From contig CAJUET010000002.1 of NCBI GenBank assembly GCA_910585595.1, forward strand, positions 135,418-199,417: DNA of 64,000 nt, read 5' to 3'. The position numbers were made by a program, and so were the translations under genes. Below are positions 40,567 through 48,975 of this stretch, one piece after another (within the stretch, counting starts at the first letter, position 1; the number at the start of each line of letters is the position of its first letter). The notes below the pieces were generated by a model that worked only from the letters and a program-made list of their open reading frames with translations, was not told the DNA's origin and ran no database searches. This DNA is from an uncultured Christensenella sp. GTDB taxonomy: Bacteria; Bacillota; Clostridia; Christensenellales; Borkfalkiaceae.

Positions 40567-41030
40567 TGAACGTATTTATTGGCGGTTCTATCAGCTTTGA
40601 CTATCTCGACTATACCATAACGGACGAGTTAGACAAGTATATGAACGGTGAACTTGAAATCTTTGTAGGTGATGCTTACGGAGTAGATAAGCTCGTTCAG
40701 AAGTATTTGGATAAAAACGGGTATCGCAACGTAACGGTCTATGCAAGTAACGGACGAGCAAGAAATAATATCGGGCTTTGGAAAGTAAAAGCTATTGAAG
40801 TTCCGAGCGACGTTTACGGCAGAGAGTTCTATACATATAAAGACTTTGCAATGAGTACCGACTGTAATTTCGGCTTTATGATATGGGACGGAAAAAGCAG
40901 AGGCACGCAAGCGAACATACTGCGTTTAATCAATATAAATAAGGGCGTGAATGTATATCTCCCCTACCTTCGTCAAATGAAATCTATCAACGATTATAAA
41001 GACTATAAAAAACTTATGGAGGAAATATGA
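40566..41030 (+). CDS. SLOG-superfamily (DprA/LOG/YpsA-like Rossmannoid) protein
   Basis: Start at ATG 40566 (MNVFIGGS). VGDAYGVDKLVQKYL ... VTVY ... FMIWDGKSRGTQANI pattern resembles DUF1273/DUF2493-type SLOG proteins. Confidence 0.5.
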   Translation: MNVFIGGSISFDYLDYTITDELDKYMNGELEIFVGDAYGVDKLVQKYLDKNGYRNVTVYASNGRARNNIGLWKVKAIEVPSDVYGREFYTYKDFAMSTDCNFGFMIWDGKSRGTQANILRLININKGVNVYLPYLRQMKSINDYKDYKKLMEEI

Positions 41031-41578
41031 ACAGAGTTGCAATGGTAATTGGCTCGTGGGGTTCGTACAACGAATGTAACGAACGAGCGTTAGGCAGTCA
41101 ATGGCTGGACTTCGACGATTACGACGATTGGGACGAAATCGTAGAAGAACTTAAAAAAGAAGGCTTTGAGCTGGATGGCGTCGACGAAGAACTATTTGTG
41201 CAGGACATCGAGGGCGTTCCTACTTCAAGCACCGATTGGGATAACACGCACCCCAAAGAGATATTTGAGCTTATGAAAAAGTCCGGCGTTCTGGACAATG
41301 AATATAAATACGAGCTTATGGAAGCGTACTGCGAGGTTAGATCGTTCAATGAATGGTCTGACCTCGTTTCAGATTACGAAGAAAATTGGGATAGAGATAT
41401 TGTCTTTTACAAGAATAAGACAATGCTCGACGTGGCTTATGAAATTATAGACGAATGTTACAACTTGGAAAAGATGCTTGGAAATCTTGCCAGCTATTTC
41501 GACTATAACGCATTTGCAAGGGATTTGAGTTACGACGGATACACGGAAACGTCAAACGGCGTGATTGAAATTAGATAA
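41027..41578 (+). CDS. ardA: antirestriction protein ArdA
   Basis: Aligns by eye along its whole length to Tn916 Orf18/ArdA: N-terminal GSWGSYNE..LGSQWLDF, central LFVQDIEG, C-terminal LDVAYEIIDE...YFDYNAFARDLSYDGYTETSNGVIEI. Very acidic. Confidence 0.85.
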   Translation: MNRVAMVIGSWGSYNECNERALGSQWLDFDDYDDWDEIVEELKKEGFELDGVDEELFVQDIEGVPTSSTDWDNTHPKEIFELMKKSGVLDNEYKYELMEAYCEVRSFNEWSDLVSDYEENWDRDIVFYKNKTMLDVAYEIIDECYNLEKMLGNLASYFDYNAFARDLSYDGYTETSNGVIEIR

Positions 41579-41602
41579 AAAATATAAGGAGGTTTTGGAA
41601 AA

Positions 41603-41878
41603 ATGGACTTTACTGTTTTACACAAGGGTAAGACATACTGTTTGAACACCGCCGACGAATTATACATATTCGGGTTGGGTATTGAAATGGGCATTGAAGA
41701 AAAACTGCAAACGGATATTATAACATTCATTGATTTTATCCGACAATGCCATAAAACAGACTGTTGCAATGCCCCGTTAAAGCCGTTTACTACCTTTATA
41801 ACCGATTGGTGGAACGAGTTTCACAACAAAGACAAGATATTTATAGTAAACAAATTTTACGAAATAAAAAATCAATAA
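41603..41878 (+). CDS. hypothetical protein (91 aa)
   Basis: AGGAGG RBS, co-directional in the block. Confidence 0.55.
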   Translation: MDFTVLHKGKTYCLNTADELYIFGLGIEMGIEEKLQTDIITFIDFIRQCHKTDCCNAPLKPFTTFITDWWNEFHNKDKIFIVNKFYEIKNQ

Positions 41879-41890
41879 GGAGTTATTAAA

Positions 41891-42316
41891 ATGGAAACCA
41901 ACACTCAACCTACCCTTCAAGAAAAGAAGAACAAAGCAATCGAGATTATGCACACTCTCGACATCTACAAGCCGTACATAGAAGGCTTTAAGCAATCCGA
42001 CAAGGTTTGCTTCTTTGAAGGCTTTGGCGGCTTTTGGGTTTATCAAGAACCCGAAATAGAAGCCAAGATGCGTGAACTTGAAGAACAGTACAAATGCAAA
42101 GTTTACGCAATCACGCACGAATTTACCGACTTTGGGGAACTGTACGATTTCCTTATCGTAACGAACTATCCTGAAGAATGGGAAGATTCCGTTTACAGCG
42201 TAGGAAATAAACATACGGTATTTGCCTACGTTTGGAACAAGTCAGACGAAGATTGCAGCGAGTTCGGAAGCATTACCGTACAATCATTCGGTGGCGGTAT
42301 TCGGAGGGTTGCATAA
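41891..42316 (+). CDS. hypothetical protein (141 aa)
   Basis: AAGGAG RBS. The stop overlaps the next start. Confidence 0.6.
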   Translation: METNTQPTLQEKKNKAIEIMHTLDIYKPYIEGFKQSDKVCFFEGFGGFWVYQEPEIEAKMRELEEQYKCKVYAITHEFTDFGELYDFLIVTNYPEEWEDSVYSVGNKHTVFAYVWNKSDEDCSEFGSITVQSFGGGIRRVA

Positions 42317-42627
42317 TGAAGAAAGTATATATTGTACAATTCGATTGGGCAACTCCCGATGCAAGCGACGTTGACCTTTACGTTTACGATAGTTACGACA
42401 AGGCTTACGACAAATTCAAAGAACTTATATGCGCCGAGCGTAAACCCGAAAATTCGTGGGTTGGCGACGTTGAGTTCGATGACGAAGGCTATCCCGTTGA
42501 CGATCACTACGAGTTCGATTTCGAGGACAACAATTCGGGCGAATCCGAAGTTTGGTGGCACATTACCGATAAGAACGATTGGTATCAATACTCGAATATA
42601 GACTTGCTTGTTATGGAGGTTATGTAG
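42316..42627 (+). CDS. hypothetical highly acidic protein (103 aa), DNA-mimic candidate
   Basis: ATG 42316 overlaps the previous TAA. By hand count about a quarter of residues are D/E (e.g. VEFDDEGYPVDDHYEFDFEDNNSGESE). Confidence 0.6.
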   Translation: MKKVYIVQFDWATPDASDVDLYVYDSYDKAYDKFKELICAERKPENSWVGDVEFDDEGYPVDDHYEFDFEDNNSGESEVWWHITDKNDWYQYSNIDLLVMEVM

Positions 42628-42629
42628 TA

Positions 42630-42908
42630 ATGACAAAGAAAGAACTTTACGATATGACATTTAACGAAGCGGCAGAAAAGTTATGCGAAACAAATGACTG
42701 TATAACCACTTACGAAACGCTGAAATCGTTTGCTGTTATGAACGTAGAAAACGACAGCTTCAATGTGGCTATACATATACTCGAAGCGTTACGGTCATAC
42801 CCAGCCTATTATTACAATTACGATTATTCAATGGGTACGCTCGACACCCCTACTGCTCTGACATTACACGTCGATTTGGAAGATTACTGCGAGGAGGATC
42901 AATTATGA
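42630..42908 (+). CDS. hypothetical protein (92 aa)
   Basis: ATG 42630 after GGAGG. ATGA overlap with the next ORF. Confidence 0.55.
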   Translation: MTKKELYDMTFNEAAEKLCETNDCITTYETLKSFAVMNVENDSFNVAIHILEALRSYPAYYYNYDYSMGTLDTPTALTLHVDLEDYCEEDQL

Positions 42909-43150
42909 GAAACACGAAAGAAATTAAGCCCCTGCTTACCGCTATCTATTGCCTTAACCGTGTGGGCGAAAAAGACAAACAAATAGACCTGATTTGTGAT
43001 TATGCGTTCAGAAGATTATTCGGCGCTAACACGAACTTGCTGGCTATCGCTTGTATCGGACAGACAAAAGAAACTATCGAACAGCAAGTAAACGAATTAC
43101 TCAAATTAGATACCGAGTTCAATAAATATTTGGAGGAATACAAGAAATGA
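42905..43150 (+). CDS. hypothetical protein (81 aa)
   Basis: ATGA overlaps at both ends. Confidence 0.55.
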   Translation: MRNTKEIKPLLTAIYCLNRVGEKDKQIDLICDYAFRRLFGANTNLLAIACIGQTKETIEQQVNELLKLDTEFNKYLEEYKK

Positions 43151-43350
43151 ACGGATTTAAGACACAGGCTTATATAAGTTCTCTGAACAAGGGCTTAATT
43201 ACCCCGACACACAAAGACGAAATAACGGTGCTTGAAAAGGTCGGCGACAACGACTACATAGTAGATTATAAGGGCGTGCGCTGTCATGCCCTTTTTAATT
43301 GGTTTGTGTGTGCGTACTTCGCAGACGATTTATATAGGAGGGTAAACTAA
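43147..43350 (+). CDS. hypothetical protein (67 aa)
   Basis: Coupled to both neighbours. Confidence 0.5.
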   Translation: MNGFKTQAYISSLNKGLITPTHKDEITVLEKVGDNDYIVDYKGVRCHALFNWFVCAYFADDLYRRVN

Positions 43351-43979
43351 TGGGACAGTATTACAGAGCAATAGTCAAAAAGCAAAACAAGCGCAACGTC
43401 GTATATAACCGCTATGTTATGAAAGACGGCAAGCCCAAATATATGATGGCTAAACTTACCGAGCATTCGTGGTGGCGAAACGATTTCGTAAATGCAGTAT
43501 GCCTTGCAATATACGAAAGCAAAGAAAAGCGCCGTGTTGCTTGGATTGGCGATTATGCCGAAAGTTATTTAGAAAGTATCGGCAAAGACAATTTCAACGG
43601 CTTGAAGCAAAAGCAAATAAAAAGGCTTTGCAATCAGACTTGGGATTGCGAAGGCGTTGCAGTTGAGCCTACCGAATTTACGTTAGACGGAAAGTTTATC
43701 GTAAATCACACGAAGAAAGAATATTTCACCGGCACGCAATACTTTGAAAACGGTTGTATGCGTTCTCAAGAATATGGCGATTGGTGTATGCACCCTCTAC
43801 CGCTATTGACTTGCATCGGCAACGGATTGGGCGGTGGCGATTACCACTCTCCCACTGCCGACAGTTCGGAAGAATATATCGGCGCATGGGCTTGGGACGA
43901 AATAAGCATAGAAGATAAAGCACCTACGGACTACAACGAAATTGAACTTATATTCAAAGAAAAAGGATGGGAAGATTGA
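43350..43979 (+). CDS. hypothetical protein (209 aa)
   Basis: MGQYYRAIV...LTEHSWWRNDFVNAV...VAWIGDYAE...LGGGDY. No family recognised. Confidence 0.6.
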   Translation: MGQYYRAIVKKQNKRNVVYNRYVMKDGKPKYMMAKLTEHSWWRNDFVNAVCLAIYESKEKRRVAWIGDYAESYLESIGKDNFNGLKQKQIKRLCNQTWDCEGVAVEPTEFTLDGKFIVNHTKKEYFTGTQYFENGCMRSQEYGDWCMHPLPLLTCIGNGLGGGDYHSPTADSSEEYIGAWAWDEISIEDKAPTDYNEIELIFKEKGWED

Positions 43980-44689
43980 TGGAAAGCAATGAAATCTTGG
44001 AACAACTCAAAGCAAAAGGACTGCTAAAATTTAAGGCAGTAAATATCAGCGATAATAAGGCTTATAGGTGTTACATAGAAAGCGACGGTAACATATTTGT
44101 GTATGCTCACAATAAAAAGCGCTACGGCTGGCGCTTCAATGAAGAACAGTTTTTAATATGCTATACACCGTTAATACCTAACGATGAAAATTTGCAATGG
44201 AAAAAGCGACTGAAACGTGCCGTAAATCTCTGCCGTGAAAGCGGACTATGGGCGGAACTCGCTGTCGTATGGGACAACCTTTACAAATATGTTACGCTCG
44301 ACGAAAAAAGAAAGATTTACGATATGAGTTGGGATAATCGTGAAGCGACCATTGCCTACTGCAAAGAACACTACCCCTTTATGATCAAAACCGACAAAGA
44401 CGGTAAGGAATATCTCGACACGGATTATATATGGGAACTATCCCGTTGCGAACTCAAATCTATGTATTTCGGCTATAACAATACGGAAGAAAAAGAACAA
44501 ATCCGTAAAGCCATTTCTGAACATAGACAATACACCATACCGAGAATACGAACTACTTACGACGTGAGCTTCAGTTATAACCCCGAACGCAACCGAGCTT
44601 TCTACAGTGAAGAATATAAAGACTGCGGTAACGGACACTACTATCTTGCGCTTAACCACAGCACGGCGGTATTCTGCGAGGACGATTAA
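43979..44689 (+). CDS. hypothetical protein (236 aa)
   Basis: TGATG overlap with the previous ORF; an alternative ATG lies at 43967. Ends ...CGNGHYYLALNHSTAVFCEDD. Confidence 0.6.
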   Translation: MESNEILEQLKAKGLLKFKAVNISDNKAYRCYIESDGNIFVYAHNKKRYGWRFNEEQFLICYTPLIPNDENLQWKKRLKRAVNLCRESGLWAELAVVWDNLYKYVTLDEKRKIYDMSWDNREATIAYCKEHYPFMIKTDKDGKEYLDTDYIWELSRCELKSMYFGYNNTEEKEQIRKAISEHRQYTIPRIRTTYDVSFSYNPERNRAFYSEEYKDCGNGHYYLALNHSTAVFCEDD

Positions 44690-44695
44690 ACGGTA

Positions 44696-44941
44696 ATGCC
44701 TATGACGTCAAACAATGAATACGGATACACAGTACGATATAAGCAGGTAGGTTCAAGTAAATGGAAAGTTTATCTCGTAACGAACTCATACGACAGCGCA
44801 TTATGGAGTGTGCGTTGGTACGAGCGAGATCCGCCCAAGAACAGAATTACAGGTAAAGCGATTGAAAACGTAATATGGGATATATTCCCGATAAAAACGC
44901 TATTCGAGTATAAATGGCGTTGGCGTGGTTGTCCGTTCTGA
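44696..44941 (+). CDS. hypothetical protein (81 aa)
   Basis: Co-directional ORF, Trp/Arg-rich. Confidence 0.5.
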   Translation: MPMTSNNEYGYTVRYKQVGSSKWKVYLVTNSYDSALWSVRWYERDPPKNRITGKAIENVIWDIFPIKTLFEYKWRWRGCPF

Positions 44942-44999
44942 ATACGGATAACCGCGTCTTTTCTTTTATCTACAAAATTCAAATAAGGAGTTATACACA

Positions 45000-45206
45000 A
45001 TGAAAATCTCAACAGACAAACTTTACTATCTTTGCAACAAGTATCAATGGTTCACTAACGGCGACTGCCGACAATACGACTTGTTATTCAAACTAAACAG
45101 AGAGGGCGCACCACTCGAAAAATTGGCGACTATTATTTGGTTTTGCTCTTTCGGTTACAACGAACAAGACATTCTCAAAATCTTAAAACAGGAGGCAGAT
45201 TTATAA
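45000..45206 (+). CDS. hypothetical protein (68 aa)
   Basis: AAGGAG RBS. Its TAA overlaps the next ATG. Confidence 0.55.
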   Translation: MKISTDKLYYLCNKYQWFTNGDCRQYDLLFKLNREGAPLEKLATIIWFCSFGYNEQDILKILKQEADL

Positions 45207-46306
45207 TGACTACTCTCAACCTTACCGCAAGCGGTAAAGCGCAAGAACTTATCCTTGCCTACTTGCAAGCAAACGCAAGCGACGTTCTTGCCGAAAAGAT
45301 TAACAGCGGTACGCCGTTCACGAAAGACGGCAAACAACTCATCAACAAGAAAACGCTCGACGGGTTTATGACCTTTGCGAGCGGTGAAGCAAAGAAGCTC
45401 GCCGAGAAAAACGCAAGATCGGCGTGCGTAGAAGATACCGTCGTTTACGGCTGGGCTATCCACTACTTTGAAGAAGATAACATCGAAGGCAAACTTTTCA
45501 ATGAGGACGGCACAGAGTACAAATCGGTTGTGAAGACTACACCAAGAACCACAACGAAACCCGTTAAGGTCGAGCCACCCAAACCGAAACAACAGCAAGC
45601 GTCCTTGTGGGATATGATTGAGCAATCGGATAAAAAGCCCGTAAAAGTTCAAGCCGACGACCACGAAGTAATAGACGATACTGACGATGACGGCGAAGAA
45701 CTGAATAACGATTACACTCCGGAAGAACTTGCCAAAGAAGCCGAAGAAATTAACGAGCCGACTGTAGAAGAAAAGCCTGTTCAATTATCGAAGCCCTATC
45801 CCCCTTTCTATACACAATATTTGGAACTTTCGGAACACACCGACGGTATCGTTCTTATCCGCTTGGGCGACTTCTACGAAGCGTTTGACAGCGATTCCGA
45901 AACATTAGCCGAAGAACTCAATATGACGCTCACAAGCCGTCAAATAACCGATGACGAGCGTGTGCCTATGATTGGCTTCCCCTTTCACTCGGTTGACGCT
46001 TACATAGCCAAAATACGCAAAAATCACGACGTCGTAATTATTGAATCAAACAGCGACATTAAAACGCTTGCACAGATAGTAACCGCAGACGGAAAAGCCG
46101 TTGACAGCGGAACAGGCGAAGTTCTTGACGATGATATAGAAGAACTTACAGAAGCAGAAATGCGACAGTTCGACGGCGACATAGGCGAGCCAAAAACAGT
46201 TGATGCGCAAGACGATGAAAGAACTCCCTACTCCCTTTCTTCGTTTGACAAAGAAACGATGATTTATCTTTACGATTTGCTCGACGGCAAATTGGATATA
46301 GCGTGA
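45206..46306 (+). CDS. fusion protein: N-terminal PcfK-like (AcrIIA9-family-like) domain, acidic/Pro-Lys linker, C-terminal MutS domain I (mismatch-binding domain)
   Basis: Start at ATG 45206 (AGGAGG RBS). N-terminal ...VVYGWAIHYFEEDNIEG, as in PcfK-like proteins. The C-terminal PPFYTQYLELSEHTDGIVLIRLGDFYEAFDSDSETLAEELNMTLTSR...VPMIGFPFHSVDAYIAKIRKNHDVVIIE aligns by eye with E. coli MutS residues ~12-95, including GDFYE. Confidence 0.7.
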   Translation: MTTLNLTASGKAQELILAYLQANASDVLAEKINSGTPFTKDGKQLINKKTLDGFMTFASGEAKKLAEKNARSACVEDTVVYGWAIHYFEEDNIEGKLFNEDGTEYKSVVKTTPRTTTKPVKVEPPKPKQQQASLWDMIEQSDKKPVKVQADDHEVIDDTDDDGEELNNDYTPEELAKEAEEINEPTVEEKPVQLSKPYPPFYTQYLELSEHTDGIVLIRLGDFYEAFDSDSETLAEELNMTLTSRQITDDERVPMIGFPFHSVDAYIAKIRKNHDVVIIESNSDIKTLAQIVTADGKAVDSGTGEVLDDDIEELTEAEMRQFDGDIGEPKTVDAQDDERTPYSLSSFDKETMIYLYDLLDGKLDIA

Positions 46307-46316
46307 GGTGAACATT

Positions 46317-47648
46317 ATGACGATTGAAGATGCTGAAAAGTTGACGATACCAAAGTATCTGACAGAGCGCATTCGCAAAGCTGATTTTAAGAAACACCCG
46401 ACTCCAGAAAAATCCATTAGGTTCTACGCCTATCTTGCATTATGGAAACGCAAAGAGCTTATAAAGATTACCGTTGCAGCAAAGCACTATCGCAGAAAAC
46501 TGTATATGAAGATAGTTGCTATTCACGGCTTGCACGCACAAAGATGCTATATCAAAGATTTGGAATATAACTATATGGGCGCAATGGGCTATCGTGTAGG
46601 CTGGTTTGATGAAGGCATACAAAAATACTATAAATGGTACGAGCGCGGCTGGTGCTGGGCAGACGATAAATATTACGATCCCTACGCACCTATCGTAAAT
46701 TATGAAGTCATAGATAAACTGCCTGAATACAAATACAGCGCTTACAAGCAATACGGCGGTATTGACTTATTCAAATACTTGCGTGTTTACGAGAAATATC
46801 CGCAAGCGGAAATGTTCGTGAAATTCGGTTTATCGACGTATGCGTTAAGCAAGCAGTTATTGGAAAAATCAGCAAAGGACAAGCAGTTCCGTAAATGGCT
46901 GATTAGAAACAGCAGTGAGTTGCATGGTAGGTACTACTATGTAACCACCATTCTATCTTCTTATAAAACGGGCAAACCGTTAGACCATATACAGCAGCTC
47001 GAAAGACAGAAGAAAAGCTTTTGCAATAAAAACGGAAGCTACCCCGAATTACGGCGTTTCTTCAAAGGACAGACGATTAAGTTTTTGGAATACATACAAA
47101 AGCAAGATACGAGCATCGCAACATACAACGATTACTTCAATGCTTGCAATTATCTGGGCTTGGATATGAGCGAAGATAAAAACGTATTCCCCCACAACTT
47201 CAAGCATTGGCACAATATGCGCATAGACCAATATCACACGGCAAAGGCAATGAAAGACGCCGAAGAACGCAAAGAGCTGTATGCGAAGTTCGCCAGCGTT
47301 GCCGAAAAGTATTTGAGCTTACAGCGAAACAGAGAAGCGTTTATCGTCATTATAGCAAGGAGTCCAAGCGATTTGATGCACGAGGGCGATACCCTGCATC
47401 ACTGCGTGGGACGAATGAATTACGACCAAAAATTTGCGCGTGAAGAAAGCCTTATTTTCTTTGTCCGAAACGCATCCGAACCCCATATTCCATTCGTTAC
47501 AATGGAATATTCACTCAAGAACAAAAAGATATTACAATGTTATGGCGAACACGACCACAAACCGAACGACAATGTTTTGGAGTTCGTAAACAAAAAATGG
47601 CTACCGTTCGCAAACAGACAATTAAAGAAAATACAAATAGCGGCATAA
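46317..47648 (+). CDS. PcfJ-like protein
   Basis: ATG 46317 after GAGGTG. The C-terminal EGDTLHHCVGRMNYDQKFAREESLIFFVR...PFVTMEYSL...ILQCYGEHDHKP resembles the PcfJ family. Follows the PcfK-like gene as in pCF10-type elements. Confidence 0.6.
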   Translation: MTIEDAEKLTIPKYLTERIRKADFKKHPTPEKSIRFYAYLALWKRKELIKITVAAKHYRRKLYMKIVAIHGLHAQRCYIKDLEYNYMGAMGYRVGWFDEGIQKYYKWYERGWCWADDKYYDPYAPIVNYEVIDKLPEYKYSAYKQYGGIDLFKYLRVYEKYPQAEMFVKFGLSTYALSKQLLEKSAKDKQFRKWLIRNSSELHGRYYYVTTILSSYKTGKPLDHIQQLERQKKSFCNKNGSYPELRRFFKGQTIKFLEYIQKQDTSIATYNDYFNACNYLGLDMSEDKNVFPHNFKHWHNMRIDQYHTAKAMKDAEERKELYAKFASVAEKYLSLQRNREAFIVIIARSPSDLMHEGDTLHHCVGRMNYDQKFAREESLIFFVRNASEPHIPFVTMEYSLKNKKILQCYGEHDHKPNDNVLEFVNKKWLPFANRQLKKIQIAA

Positions 47649-47667
47649 CCGCAAAGGAGTAAAAATT

Positions 47668-47991
47668 ATGAACAATTATTATAGAGTTACAGGTTACTGC
47701 GAGCAAAAAGATTTTTGCTTTATTATGGACTGCTACGGTATGTATGAGAAGTTATGGCAATTCAGCTCTATGCTCATACAAAAAGGCTTAAAAGTCTTGG
47801 AGGTCGGTAACGACACAAAGTTTATGGACGGCAATATAGACCGTATAGACGAAAACAACGAAAAAGTATTTTTACGAGCAAACGCCGAAGGCAAGCCCGT
47901 ATACACCACCCAGACGATTAACGGCATTACATATAAAGCCGTAAAAGTTGCCGACAAAATCTACATACCCGATAGAACGCAAACCGTATAA
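47668..47991 (+). CDS. hypothetical protein (107 aa)
   Basis: AAGGAG RBS. Last gene before the terminator. Confidence 0.55.
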   Translation: MNNYYRVTGYCEQKDFCFIMDCYGMYEKLWQFSSMLIQKGLKVLEVGNDTKFMDGNIDRIDENNEKVFLRANAEGKPVYTTQTINGITYKAVKVADKIYIPDRTQTV

Positions 47992-48005
47992 CCGAATACA
48001 AAGTC

Positions 48006-48041
48006 AAAGCCCGGATTCCTTTCGGAGTCTGGGCTTTTTTT
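48006..48041 (+). terminator. rho-independent terminator closing the plus-strand block
   Basis: 14-bp stem AAAGCCCGGATTCC / GGAGTCTGGGCTTT (two G-U pairs), 4-nt loop, TTTTTTT. Confidence 0.8.
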
Positions 48042-48044
48042 GTG

Positions 48045-48284
48045 TTAATCGTCATCTTCTAAATCATTGAAGTAATCTCTATCAAAAAACTCTGACAAGG
48101 TAATGCCTGCACCCTCGCAAAAACTCTTGATAGTTGTTACTTTCGGACACTTAGTTCTTCCTTTCATTAAATCATAAAGAGCCGAAGGCGATTTGCCACC
48201 GTTTAGACACGCCTTACAAATATTCTTACCTTTTTCTTCGCAGATCTCCTCAATACGTTTTAAGATTGCTTCGTTCGTTTTCAT
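48045..48284 (-). CDS. XRE/Cro-type HTH regulator (79 aa)
   Basis: Start moved to ATG 48284 (AAGGAG RBS). KNICKACLNGGKSPSALYDLMKGRTK...TIKSFCEGAGITLSEFF HTH pattern. Confidence 0.7.
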   Translation of the reverse strand: MKTNEAILKRIEEICEEKGKNICKACLNGGKSPSALYDLMKGRTKCPKVTTIKSFCEGAGITLSEFFDRDYFNDLEDDD

Positions 48285-48362
48285 AATCGTGAAACTCCTT
48301 ATCGTAATTCCACGATTAGTATATGAAATTTGAAAAATTATCTCTCGTGGAGTTCCACGATA

Positions 48363-48391
48363 TTGACTTGCTACTGCAATTTTGCTATAAT
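48363..48391 (+). promoter_or_regulatory. strong sigma-70 promoter flanked by 14-bp direct repeats (operator candidates)
   Basis: TTGACT, 17 nt, TATAAT. GGAGTTCCACGATA occurs at 48349-48362 and again at 48399-48412. A third core copy, TTCCACGAT, is at 48308-48316. Confidence 0.65.
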
Positions 48392-48415
48392 ATTTCACGG
48401 AGTTCCACGATAAAT

Positions 48416-48964
48416 ATGGTTGTGTGTTTTTTAGGTCATAGAAAAATAACTAACGCCGAACAAATTAAAACTCGGCTAATCGAAATCGTTTCAAATCTGA
48501 TCTCAAACGGAGTAGATACTTTTTTATTCGGCAGCAGAAGTGATTTTGATATCCTATGTTGGGAGGTCGTTACCGATCTGCAAGAGCAATGCCCCCACCT
48601 TAAACGGATAAGCTATAATGCACACCACGAAACTGCCTTCACTTCTAAAGAAGAACGAGAAAGCTTTGAAAAGTTTTTCTCTCAAATGGTTAAGCACGAA
48701 GTTCATTATACTGACTACGAAGAATCCGTCAGTTCCAAGAAATCCCTTAACGCAAACAAAAACGCATACATAATGCGCAATCAAGAAATGATCGACAATA
48801 GCGACGTATGCGTGTTCTACTATAACAAAGACTATCTACCGCCAAAGCGGAAAGCAGCCAATAAATTTCTTCCCGACTATCAACCTAAAAGCGGTACAGC
48901 AATCGCTTACGCTTACGCTGTTCAAAAGAAGAAGCAAATTTATAATACATTCATTGAAGTATAA
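48416..48964 (+). CDS. SLOG-family protein (DUF1273/YpsA-like)
   Basis: Start at ATG 48416 (MVVCFLGHRKI...). NGVDTFLFGSRSDFDILCWEVV..LQEQCPHLKRISY ... RNQEMIDNSDVCVFYYN ... SGTAIAYAYAVQKKKQIYN matches the GHR...G..G.D...A......P.....SGT pattern of YpsA-like proteins. Confidence 0.7.
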   Translation: MVVCFLGHRKITNAEQIKTRLIEIVSNLISNGVDTFLFGSRSDFDILCWEVVTDLQEQCPHLKRISYNAHHETAFTSKEERESFEKFFSQMVKHEVHYTDYEESVSSKKSLNANKNAYIMRNQEMIDNSDVCVFYYNKDYLPPKRKAANKFLPDYQPKSGTAIAYAYAVQKKKQIYNTFIEV

Positions 48965-48975
48965 AAGGCTTAAAT

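Larger units (their letters stand above)
39690..48043 (+). mobile_element. AT-rich block of small co-directional, translationally coupled ORFs with anti-restriction/anti-defence content (ICE- or phage-derived)
   Basis: ArdA, PcfK-like, PcfJ-like and SLOG genes. Eight verified start/stop overlaps (ATGA, TAATG, TGATG). Single strong terminator at 48006-48041. Composition differs from the flanking core. Confidence 0.55.
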
